Shown here: positions 26,244 through 34,150 of the stretch, one piece after another
How the letters are laid out: each line of letters begins with the position of its first letter
Position numbering within the stretch: position 1 is the first letter of the stretch
Assembly (NCBI GenBank): GCA_045538555.1
Contig: JAZSRP010000034.1
Span: forward strand, 430 to 64,429
From: Eubacteriales bacterium
GTDB taxonomy: Bacteria > Bacillota > Clostridia > Oscillospirales > CAG-382
Reading direction: 5' to 3'
DNA length: 64,000 bases
Program-made: the position numbers and the translations under genes
Notes under the pieces: generated by a model
What the model saw: only the letters and a program-made list of their open reading frames with translations
What the model was told of the DNA's origin: nothing
The model's database searches: none

Positions 26244-28751
26244 TTACATCATAAAAAATGATACCAGCCATACGGGCAGCAGCCAAAACAGCTGAAAAGC
26301 CACTGCGTGGAGAGAGGTTATGGCACCTACGTCGCCTGTGATGGCAAGGAATGCAACTGCCGCAAAGGACAGAAAAACACTGACGGAGCTGATAATAAAA
26401 TTGCTTTTTGTAACGTGTTTTGCCTTGTCACAGAGAGCAAACATGGTCAAAAAGCTGTGAAGCGACGAGGAACAGACGATGCCGCTGTCCAGCCGTTGCA
26501 CCTCTCCCGCCACCTCCTGAGGGCTGTTGCTCCTCAGCACGGAGACAGGGCATTTTTTGAAAGAAACAGCTCTGTTTATCAGATCGTTGTTGATGTTGGG
26601 GTCAAGAGTCTTGATGCCTACGCAAAGATTGGCTTTGTACATCTCGCGCAAAAGTGCTTCAAAGAGAGGATTTACGGTATATTTGATGTACAGCTTGGCG
26701 GCGGGCTTGTCGTTGACAACCACGTACATGATGGAGCCGTTGGTGCGCTCGTATGCGTCGTCGCCGTCATCAACAGGGCAGTCAAAGCGGTATCTGCGCA
26801 TATATGACTTCTTGCCCAAAAAGTAGTTGCGGCCGTCCATTGCGATACAGAGCCCGTCATTGGCGCACTCAATGGTGCGGATAAGGGCGGGCGAATCAAA
26901 TTTTTCGGTAATAGTTGCGGCAAGAACCTTGGACAGAGGGCCTCCCACGTGTCCAAAAAGCTTTGCAAGATCGGTGAGAATGGCATCGATCCGAAAATCA
27001 CCGTACATACGTATATTGGTAATCTTTACCAGGTTGGCGGGATACACCTCGGTGTCTGCAAAGGACAGCACCGATGCCTGAGCGTATTCTTCCGATACGG
27101 CGTTGCCCACAAAAGCGGTGGAAAACCTCTTGCCCACACGGTTTGCGGAGATGAGGGGAAGGTTGTTGGCAAAAAAAGCGGTGGCGGGCATGCTTGCCGC
27201 AATGAGAATGGAAAAAGCGGCATAGGAATCAACCGGAGCATACCCCATCACAGCCAGAGTGACAAAGAGAGCCACTCCTGCCAAAAAGATGGCCGGAACC
27301 AAAAAGTTGAATATATCCTCGGACTTGGGACGTTTTTCGATCCTCTCCATAAATCCGTCAACAAAATCCGCTCTCTTGACAGTGTAGAGCTCGCTGTCCT
27401 CAAAGAGGTACTTGTAAAATTCGTCGGCTTCCTTTGCGTCGCTTCCCAGCTGGCAGGCAGTGTATTTTGGTTTTTTGACTGCCACCACACGGAAACAGCG
27501 CAGGTTCTTTTTTGCGTCCAACAAGTTGATGAGGGCGCTGCACAAGCAACAAAAAGCGGCGGGAAGATTGTACAACCGCAGGTCGATTGCCGACGGATCG
27601 GTAAACATTATCACCACCGAATACGCAGCGGCAAAAAACACAGAGATGGCCAAAAGACTGTCTGTAGAAAGCCGAAACGTGGTGATACCCTTGATACCGT
27701 TGCGGATAGAATCCAGCATGGTAAGAGCGATAAAGAACAAGAGCTGAAGGTCAATGAGGATATAAAGAATCCCGTATCTGCCCTGTTTTGTAAAATCAGA
27801 ATGAATGCTGCTGTCCTTGGTAGCCAGCTCCAAAAACAGGATGGCTGCCGTTAGCACGGAAACGATGATAAGCTTGAGCATGGACGTGCGGACGCGCTTT
27901 GTCAAAAGGGCGGAAATAACACCGTTTTGCTTGCGGTCTGTGTATCTCAGCTTTGTTTCCTCGGGCTCTCGAGAACGTTTTTTTGAGGATTCGGTCTGTT
28001 TTGCCAGTTGATCCAGACGTCCATCCTCGTCCTCCATCATTTCAAACGCCAGCCGCAGATTGATGTCTGTTTCGTCAAGTGCTTCTTCTCCCAAAAGGGT
28101 GAGTTTGTCGTCATCGGTAACAAATTTTACCTGACCTTCTGTTTCTTCTTCCTCAAAATGAAGATCACGTCCCGTGACTTTTTCAGTCAGCTCCTCATAT
28201 CCCGAGTCAAAGCTTGCCGTTTCCTGCTCCTTTTCCTCGGCTCCCACGCGGAGAGTGTCTCCCAACGGAAACATTTCCTCTTGGGTATATTCCTCAAATT
28301 TGGGAACCTCTGCCTCGTCCACAAAACGGTATTCCGCAAAAGCGGCCGGAGGCAGCTTTTCACCCTCGGACAGTGTGCGTGTCTTGGCGTCGTTGATCAT
28401 TTTGTACAGCTTTTCCACACGCTGGCTGGGCTTTTTTTCACTGCTGTCGGCAACGTATTCCAACAGCTCACTGCCCTCGTTTTGCTCTGCCAGCTTCATG
28501 CGGAGCTTTTGGGTGTCGGTGAGTTTGTCCGCCACAGGGCGGGTGCTGTACATATCGATCAGCTCGGCGGTCTCGGCGTTGATGCGCTTTGTGACCTTGG
28601 TCTGCTTTTTCTTTGACTGCTCGTCCGCTACAAGGGTTTTTTGGAGCTCGGGCTTGGGTGCGTCGCGCTCCAGCTTCATGTCGGACCGGTTTTTTTCCTC
28701 TGCCTGTCGCAGGATCTCAAGTATATCCGGTTGTTTTTTTTGATCGGCCAT
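26244..28751 (-). CDS. Degenerate P1B-type ATPase homologue with long acidic N-terminal region
   Basis: 835 aa. About 290 acidic or low-complexity residues, then TM helices. IAASMPATAFF sits where CPC-type ATPases have IACPCALGLA. SFADTEVYP replaces FDKTGTLT. GIKTLDPN replaces TGD. No GDGxND motif. Confidence 0.5.
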   Translation of the reverse strand: MADQKKQPDILEILRQAEEKNRSDMKLERDAPKPELQKTLVADEQSKKKQTKVTKRINAETAELIDMYSTRPVADKLTDTQKLRMKLAEQNEGSELLEYVADSSEKKPSQRVEKLYKMINDAKTRTLSEGEKLPPAAFAEYRFVDEAEVPKFEEYTQEEMFPLGDTLRVGAEEKEQETASFDSGYEELTEKVTGRDLHFEEEETEGQVKFVTDDDKLTLLGEEALDETDINLRLAFEMMEDEDGRLDQLAKQTESSKKRSREPEETKLRYTDRKQNGVISALLTKRVRTSMLKLIIVSVLTAAILFLELATKDSSIHSDFTKQGRYGILYILIDLQLLFFIALTMLDSIRNGIKGITTFRLSTDSLLAISVFFAAAYSVVIMFTDPSAIDLRLYNLPAAFCCLCSALINLLDAKKNLRCFRVVAVKKPKYTACQLGSDAKEADEFYKYLFEDSELYTVKRADFVDGFMERIEKRPKSEDIFNFLVPAIFLAGVALFVTLAVMGYAPVDSYAAFSILIAASMPATAFFANNLPLISANRVGKRFSTAFVGNAVSEEYAQASVLSFADTEVYPANLVKITNIRMYGDFRIDAILTDLAKLFGHVGGPLSKVLAATITEKFDSPALIRTIECANDGLCIAMDGRNYFLGKKSYMRRYRFDCPVDDGDDAYERTNGSIMYVVVNDKPAAKLYIKYTVNPLFEALLREMYKANLCVGIKTLDPNINNDLINRAVSFKKCPVSVLRSNSPQEVAGEVQRLDSGIVCSSSLHSFLTMFALCDKAKHVTKSNFIISSVSVFLSFAAVAFLAITGDVGAITSLHAVAFQLFWLLPVWLVSFFMM

Positions 28752-28768
28752 TGGGTTTCACCTGCTTT

Positions 28769-29539
28769 TTATGTGTTCCGCTGTTTTGCGGCTTCAAACA
28801 TCACAACGGCGCCTGCCGCAGAGACGTTGAGTGAATTGACACTTCCGTACATGGGAATGCCTGTGATAAAATCACTTTCTTTTTTGATTAGGTCGGACAC
28901 GCCCTCCCCCTCGCTTCCCAGCACAAGAGCTACAGAGCCCTTGAAATCCTGCTGATAGTAAGGAGTACCGCCTGCCTCCAGCGCCCAGATCCAGACGCCG
29001 CTGTCCTTGAGGGTCCTGATGGCGGAAACAAGGTTTGACACCCGGGCAATAGGCATTGAGAACACGGCGCCTGCGCTGGATTTTGCCACAGTGCCGTTTA
29101 CGCCTACCGAGCGTCTTTTTGGAATGATGATCCCGTTGACACCGGCACAGAGAGCGCTTCTGATGATGGCGCCCAGATTGTGAGGGTCGTTGATGGAATC
29201 ACAAATGACAAAAAATGGCTTTTGGCCGTTTTCTTCCGTCAGCTCCAGAAGCTCTGTCACCGACAGATAGTCGGTCTCTGCCGCCACGGCAATAACTCCT
29301 TGATGTACGGCTCCGCCGCTGAGAGCATCCAGCTTGCGGTTGTCGGTATCCACCAGAGGTATCCTTGCCTCACGGGCAAGAGAGCGAATTTTTGCCAAAA
29401 CGCCGTCCTGCTGACCCGATATGTAAATTCTGTCCACCGTGCGTCCGCTTTTCAAAAGCTCTGTCACGGCGTTTCTGCCCACAAAAAGTCCCTCGTCGGG
29501 CACCTTGGGGGATTGCTTTTTGTCATATCTTTCGCTCAT
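28769..29539 (-). CDS. rlmB: 23S rRNA (guanosine-2'-O)-methyltransferase, TrmH/SpoU family
   Basis: 256 aa from the ATG at 29539 (GGAG Shine-Dalgarno). SpoU motifs DSINDPHNLGAIIRS, LVLGSEGEGVS, IPMYGSVNSLNVSAA. Confidence 0.85.
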   Translation of the reverse strand: MSERYDKKQSPKVPDEGLFVGRNAVTELLKSGRTVDRIYISGQQDGVLAKIRSLAREARIPLVDTDNRKLDALSGGAVHQGVIAVAAETDYLSVTELLELTEENGQKPFFVICDSINDPHNLGAIIRSALCAGVNGIIIPKRRSVGVNGTVAKSSAGAVFSMPIARVSNLVSAIRTLKDSGVWIWALEAGGTPYYQQDFKGSVALVLGSEGEGVSDLIKKESDFITGIPMYGSVNSLNVSAAGAVVMFEAAKQRNT

Positions 29540-29667
29540 GGCGTTCTCCAATATACAAAAATAAATCGTTTTTTAAAACAGCAAGAAACATGATGTTTTT
29601 TTGCCTGCAAACGAGCAAAAAGTCTGTTTTTGTCACCTTTTGGTTCTTCCTATACAAATCCACGTTC

Positions 29668-29696
29668 ATTATAACACACATTGTTTTTTGTGTCAA
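29668..29696 (-). promoter_or_regulatory. Exact consensus sigma-A promoter of the rlmB operon
   Basis: The - strand reads TTGACA (29696-29691), 17-nt spacer, TGT-TATAAT (29673-29668). Confidence 0.7.
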
Positions 29697-29764
29697 TCAC
29701 AGCGGGGCTGACTTTGCAAAAAAAGTGCTTGATTTCAGGTGGCTTTTTGAACTGCGGAAGAACA

Positions 29765-29792
29765 AAAAAGACACCTGAAAAGGTGTCTTTTT
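29765..29792 (-). terminator. Terminator of the small-peptide operon (bidirectional hairpin)
   Basis: aaaaagacacc-tgaaaa-ggtgtcttttt: an 11-bp stem with U-tracts in both orientations, 17 nt downstream of the peptide B stop. Confidence 0.85.
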
Positions 29793-29808
29793 GAAAGCTT
29801 GCAATAAA

Positions 29809-29940
29809 TCAGTTGTCCCACCAAGCAGTAGGAGCTTTTGTGGTATTGTCACCCTCAACAACAGCCAGAGAAGCAGAAATGACATCTGTCATATCGTACT
29901 CAACGAAAGTGATCTTGGGCTCGGTGTAAATCTTGTTCAT
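29809..29940 (-). CDS. WW-tail small peptide, paralogue B (43 aa)
   Basis: Hand translation: MNKIYTEPKITFVEYDMTDVISASLAVVEGDNTTKAPTAWWDN. GAGAGAGG upstream. Shares its N-terminal block and DN-x7-WW tail with peptides A and C. Confidence 0.75.
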   Translation of the reverse strand: MNKIYTEPKITFVEYDMTDVISASLAVVEGDNTTKAPTAWWDN

Positions 29941-29982
29941 GGCATAGTACCTCTCTCTATAATATCAAATAATACGCGCAGA

Positions 29983-30129
29983 TCAATCCCACCAGTCGGG
30001 GGGCAGAGTGACGCCGTTGTCGCCGTCGGAAATTGCAAGTGACGCATCATTTGCAGGGGATGCGGATACAACGTCACGGAAATCATAACCGATGATATTG
30101 AGTTCGGGCTCCGAATAATACTTTTTCAT
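29983..30129 (-). CDS. WW-tail small peptide, paralogue C (48 aa)
   Basis: Hand translation: MKKYYSEPELNIIGYDFRDVVSASPANDASLAISDGDNGVTLPPDWWD. AAGGTGA Shine-Dalgarno 6 nt upstream. Confidence 0.75.
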   Translation of the reverse strand: MKKYYSEPELNIIGYDFRDVVSASPANDASLAISDGDNGVTLPPDWWD

Positions 30130-30190
30130 AATCAGTCACCTTGTTGTTTATCGTACGGGCAAAAACCCAGATGCTACTTGATTCTCACTT

Positions 30191-30219
30191 ATTATACCCC
30201 CAAAAACTCCTGTTGTCAA
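30191..30219 (-). promoter_or_regulatory. Exact consensus sigma-A promoter of the peptide C/B operon
   Basis: The - strand reads TTGACA (30219-30214), 17-nt spacer, TATAAT (30196-30191). About 55 nt upstream of the peptide C start. Confidence 0.75.
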
Positions 30220-30350
30220 GAGGTTTTTCGGAATTTTCGGGCTGTTTTGTCAAAACATTTTTGAAACACTATATAATGTGGATTCCATGGGAATTTTTTT
30301 CAAAACATACCCAATAGGTAGAAACAAATTTTTTTCTGTTGATCAAAAAA

Positions 30351-31568
30351 TCATTTTTTTTCAAATAATTTCAGATCATCGTAGAGGCGGTTTCGTTTTT
30401 TTGCGCTTTTCATCACCTGTCCGATATCCGCCTCCTGCTTTTTGAACAATATCCGCATCAAGGACAAAAAAGGAATGTATATCCAAAACACGGGCAGAAG
30501 GATGGGGCATTTTTTTGTGATAGGGTATCGGTTGTACGCTTTTGTGTTGAGGCGGGAAATCATGGCGGAAAAAGCGGATTTGCGTCCCTTGTCCTCGCTT
30601 GACGCACCGCCCACAAAGTGTGAGCTCAGCCGTCTCTCTCTGCTCTGGTAAAAAAAGTTGCTTCCCTCCAGCAGATCCTCCGTGAGCCGATCCCACAGCT
30701 CCTCCTTTGTTCCGCAAAAAAACTCCGGCATGGGCATCCCCAGATGCTTGTGGCAGACCCCGCACAGGGCAGAACCAAACTTCCACATTCCGCAGGATTC
30801 AAAATCCTTTTTGTCCTCATCTGTCAGCATTTTGCTGTAATAATTTGCGCTGATTGCCCAGTCGCACAGCTGCCGCAGACCAACGCTGGAGGTGAGCATA
30901 TGCCGTTCTGTATGGAACAGCAGCGACAAAAGCTGAAATTTTGGTGCCAGCACGTTAAACTGCCTTCCCTTCAGAGCGGCGGTGCAGGTGCGGTCAAGGG
31001 CGGAATCAAAAAGCTTTTTTGAAAAATTTCCGCAATCGTTGTTTGGAAAAACAGATACGGAGCGGTGAAGTTCCACAAACACACCGTCCTTTTCCAGAGC
31101 GATGTGAAAATCATGATCCTCTGCCGCCTCCGATTGGCAAAAACCCATTTCACGCAGCAGCTCTGCGCCCTCCTCCAGCCGTTCCTCCGGCAGCAAAAGG
31201 TCAATATCTCCCAGCACTCTCAGCTCGGGGCGGGGATAGCAGGCGGCAACGCTTGCGCCCTTGAGCACAGATACGGGAATCCCGCTTTGGATGAGACGGG
31301 AGAGAATCTCCTCCTCTGTCTCAAGGAGCTTGTCTCCCTTGAGCATGGTGGAAACAGTGAGCGATTTGAGCTGTTTTATCAGATCGGCAGGAACCTCCCA
31401 CTCACTGCTGTGAGCGGTGAGCCCTCCCAAAAGCAGAGGCATGACACTGTGGCGCTTTGCCTCGGTCATCAGAGCACGCCAATCTGTTCCTTTTGCACAA
31501 AAGGGCACACAAACGCCAAAAAGTTCTTCTGCCAGCAGTGCCAGCAACAGGCGGTGTTCTTGGTTCAT
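30351..31568 (-). CDS. Uncharacterised nucleotidyltransferase family protein (NTP_transf_5 / PF14907-like)
   Basis: 405 aa. GGAGG Shine-Dalgarno. The N-terminus LLLALLAEELFG..., the catalytic-type LGDIDLLLPEE motif and the overall length fit this family as I remember it. Confidence 0.6.
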   Translation of the reverse strand: MNQEHRLLLALLAEELFGVCVPFCAKGTDWRALMTEAKRHSVMPLLLGGLTAHSSEWEVPADLIKQLKSLTVSTMLKGDKLLETEEEILSRLIQSGIPVSVLKGASVAACYPRPELRVLGDIDLLLPEERLEEGAELLREMGFCQSEAAEDHDFHIALEKDGVFVELHRSVSVFPNNDCGNFSKKLFDSALDRTCTAALKGRQFNVLAPKFQLLSLLFHTERHMLTSSVGLRQLCDWAISANYYSKMLTDEDKKDFESCGMWKFGSALCGVCHKHLGMPMPEFFCGTKEELWDRLTEDLLEGSNFFYQSRERRLSSHFVGGASSEDKGRKSAFSAMISRLNTKAYNRYPITKKCPILLPVFWIYIPFLSLMRILFKKQEADIGQVMKSAKKRNRLYDDLKLFEKK

Positions 31569-31610
31569 GCTCTTGCCTCCTTTTTTGATAAGTTATTGAA
31601 AATATCTTGA

Positions 31611-34115
31611 TCAGTCAACCACTCCCGAGCCCGCAATAACAGAAAAAATCTCTGCACCGTTGCGAAATCCTCTGGGTTTATAGTATGTTTTGTTTATAAA
31701 ATCAATGACAGAATCCGCATCCTCGCGTTTGACAAGAATCATGATGCATCCGCCAAGCCCTGCGCCGGAGAGCTGTGCCCCCAGAACGCCTTTTTGGGCA
31801 AGAACGCTGTCCACAAGTCCGTCAATATCGGCAGTGGAGCAGGCATATCCGCCCGGCTGATTGTGGATCTGTGCGTTTGACACCTTGGCGGGATGCTCGC
31901 TTTTCAGATCGTTGATGAGACGGTAGAGATACAGCTCGTTGGCGGAATAATCGTATTTTTTGTCCCCTGATGCCACGCGGTCGCCGTTGTGGCTGGTGTT
32001 CATCAGTTCGCCCAAGCGGGAAATATCTCCGCTTTTGAGACACCGGATACAAAATTCACTTCTCTCACACTCGGCGATGCCGTACAGAACCACACTGCGA
32101 ATATCATAAAACTCCGGCGGAGTGTGGGTTTTAAAAATTCTTTCGATACGGTCGGATTCCTCCGGGAGTGCCTGTCTTACCTCCTCTGCAGTCATCCGCT
32201 CGGGAAGGGTGATGAGCATCTCGTAGATTCTGGACGGGGGAACAGACAGAGTTTTGGGATTGACGTCCTTGAGCACTTTCATTTTTTCGGCATACTGCGG
32301 AAAATTCTTTTTAAGCAGCATCAGGCCAAACTCGTACCCTGCAATCTTTGAATTGAAAATATCCTTTGCTCCCGCGCTCTTTTTTGCCTCCACAAAGCTG
32401 TTGGCAACAATGAGACGGTAATCCTCGGGAAAAGGAACCGATTCTCCTACAGAGAACGGGTTGAAATAAAGATGGGTAATGCTTCCTGCGCTTCCGCATT
32501 TCATTGCGGCGTGGTCGCCTGCACCGCCCCGTGAGCCCACAAACCATTCTCCCTCACCGCACAGGCGTATAAATTCGCTTCGATCCAGCTCGATGCCGTT
32601 GAGGGCAACTGCCGCTTCCATGGTGGAGACCACAATGGAGGAGGAGCTGGAAAGTCCTGCTGCCATGGGGATGTTTCCCAAAAACATCATGTTCATGCCG
32701 CACAGAGCTTTTTTTCTGTCACCAAGCTGAAGCCGAAGGATGGCGGCCTTGACATAGTTGATCCAATCACCTTTGTGCTGTTCCACAACGGAGGTGATGG
32801 AGGCAGATTCAATAAATTCCAGCCAGTTTTCGGTGTCGTATTTTTTTATGTGATCCAGAATGGAAAAGCTATAATCCTCAAATCCATCCTTTACGTTGGA
32901 GATGGTAACAACATCGTCCTCGGTGGGCGAAACCGCCACCAGCATTTCACGGCTGATGGTGAGTACGTTGATGCTTCCGCCCCGATGCTCAATATGGCGT
33001 CCCATTACGTTGAGACGGCCGGGAGCCCTTGCGATCAAAATTTCTCTGTCGCCAAACCGCTCCAAAAACCGTTCCAGCAAAAGGATATAGCTTTCTCTGC
33101 GCTCCGCCAAAAGCCGGCTGTCGTTGCCGTATATCTCAACAAATTTTGCTTCCATACCACTGTCACGGCGGCGAATCCGATCCAAAAGCTCGCTTGCTTT
33201 CGGAATCCGGCGGCTCACGTGGGAAGCAAAGTATTTTTCAAGCTTTATCAGCTCCTCCATGGTGCTGTAGGTCAGCAGCATGTGGGGTTCTGTGACGGGA
33301 ACGATCTTTGTGCCGCCGTTGGCAGAAAGATCGTTGATGGCGTCTGTCATGTACAGCTCGCCCTGTGCGTTGTTTGAGCTGAGGTTGGACAGGGCAGACA
33401 ACGCAGTGTCCACGTCCACCAGATAAGTGGCGGAGTTGACGTATTTTCCCGACTCGATATCTTTGGGACTGAATTTGTGTCCGCAAAGCTCTGTGGGTAT
33501 CACGCTCGTCAGCTTTTTTGCAGATTCCAGCAGTTTTGCGCTCTTTTTCTCGCTGAGTCCAAAGGAACCGACAGCATTTTCAAGCTCCGATTCATCAAGG
33601 GGAAGCAGTGTGGAAATATGTCTCAGATACGAATCCATCTGCTCGATGATACCGCAGACCTTCCCGTTTTTCATCAGCACTCTGCCGCCGGAGGGGTTGC
33701 GGTCTTTTGGAGTAACTGCAAAAACAGCGCTGTCTCCCGGGCCAAATTCTTCTATCAGCCATTTAAAAACCAAAGGGTCGATGATCTTGTCGCCCATACA
33801 AACAAAAGCGTTGCCTGTATAACCCGTAGATCTCAGTGCCTTGAGTCCGATATAGGCGGCGTTTCCCGTACCGTTTTGTGTCTTTTGGTATGCGTACACC
33901 ACTCCCTCGACACCGTCGAGGCAGTCCATGACCTTGTCTGCTTTTGATCCCACCACCACCACAAAACGGGACACGCCCGCTTGCTTCAGGTTGTCAATAA
34001 GCCGCAGAATGGCAGGTCTTCCCGCAATTTCATAGCACACCTTGTGGGTACGGTCGTCCTTCATGCGGGTGCCTCTGCCGGCACAAAGAAGAATTGCCGC
34101 TGGAGAGCTGTTCAT
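31611..34115 (-). CDS. Bifunctional sugar-1-phosphate nucleotidylyltransferase / GHMP sugar kinase (Fkp-like architecture)
   Basis: 834 aa. N-terminal LCAGRGTRM nucleotidyltransferase signature. C-terminal galactokinase-type APGRLNVMGRHIEHRGG and GHMP motif PMAAGLSSSSS. Confidence 0.75.
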   Translation of the reverse strand: MNSSPAAILLCAGRGTRMKDDRTHKVCYEIAGRPAILRLIDNLKQAGVSRFVVVVGSKADKVMDCLDGVEGVVYAYQKTQNGTGNAAYIGLKALRSTGYTGNAFVCMGDKIIDPLVFKWLIEEFGPGDSAVFAVTPKDRNPSGGRVLMKNGKVCGIIEQMDSYLRHISTLLPLDESELENAVGSFGLSEKKSAKLLESAKKLTSVIPTELCGHKFSPKDIESGKYVNSATYLVDVDTALSALSNLSSNNAQGELYMTDAINDLSANGGTKIVPVTEPHMLLTYSTMEELIKLEKYFASHVSRRIPKASELLDRIRRRDSGMEAKFVEIYGNDSRLLAERRESYILLLERFLERFGDREILIARAPGRLNVMGRHIEHRGGSINVLTISREMLVAVSPTEDDVVTISNVKDGFEDYSFSILDHIKKYDTENWLEFIESASITSVVEQHKGDWINYVKAAILRLQLGDRKKALCGMNMMFLGNIPMAAGLSSSSSIVVSTMEAAVALNGIELDRSEFIRLCGEGEWFVGSRGGAGDHAAMKCGSAGSITHLYFNPFSVGESVPFPEDYRLIVANSFVEAKKSAGAKDIFNSKIAGYEFGLMLLKKNFPQYAEKMKVLKDVNPKTLSVPPSRIYEMLITLPERMTAEEVRQALPEESDRIERIFKTHTPPEFYDIRSVVLYGIAECERSEFCIRCLKSGDISRLGELMNTSHNGDRVASGDKKYDYSANELYLYRLINDLKSEHPAKVSNAQIHNQPGGYACSTADIDGLVDSVLAQKGVLGAQLSGAGLGGCIMILVKREDADSVIDFINKTYYKPRGFRNGAEIFSVIAGSGVVD

Positions 34116-34150
34116 GAGGTTGTCCTCCCTTTTTTTAAAAAAAGGATTTT

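Noticed and set aside
29697-30042. Track ORFs 29697-29885 (-, 62 aa) and 29791-30042 (+, 83 aa) over the peptide locus
   Set aside because: Neither has a Shine-Dalgarno, and one runs through the terminator hairpin. The two small - strand ORFs in other frames have Shine-Dalgarno sites, a promoter, a terminator and mutual protein-level conservation.
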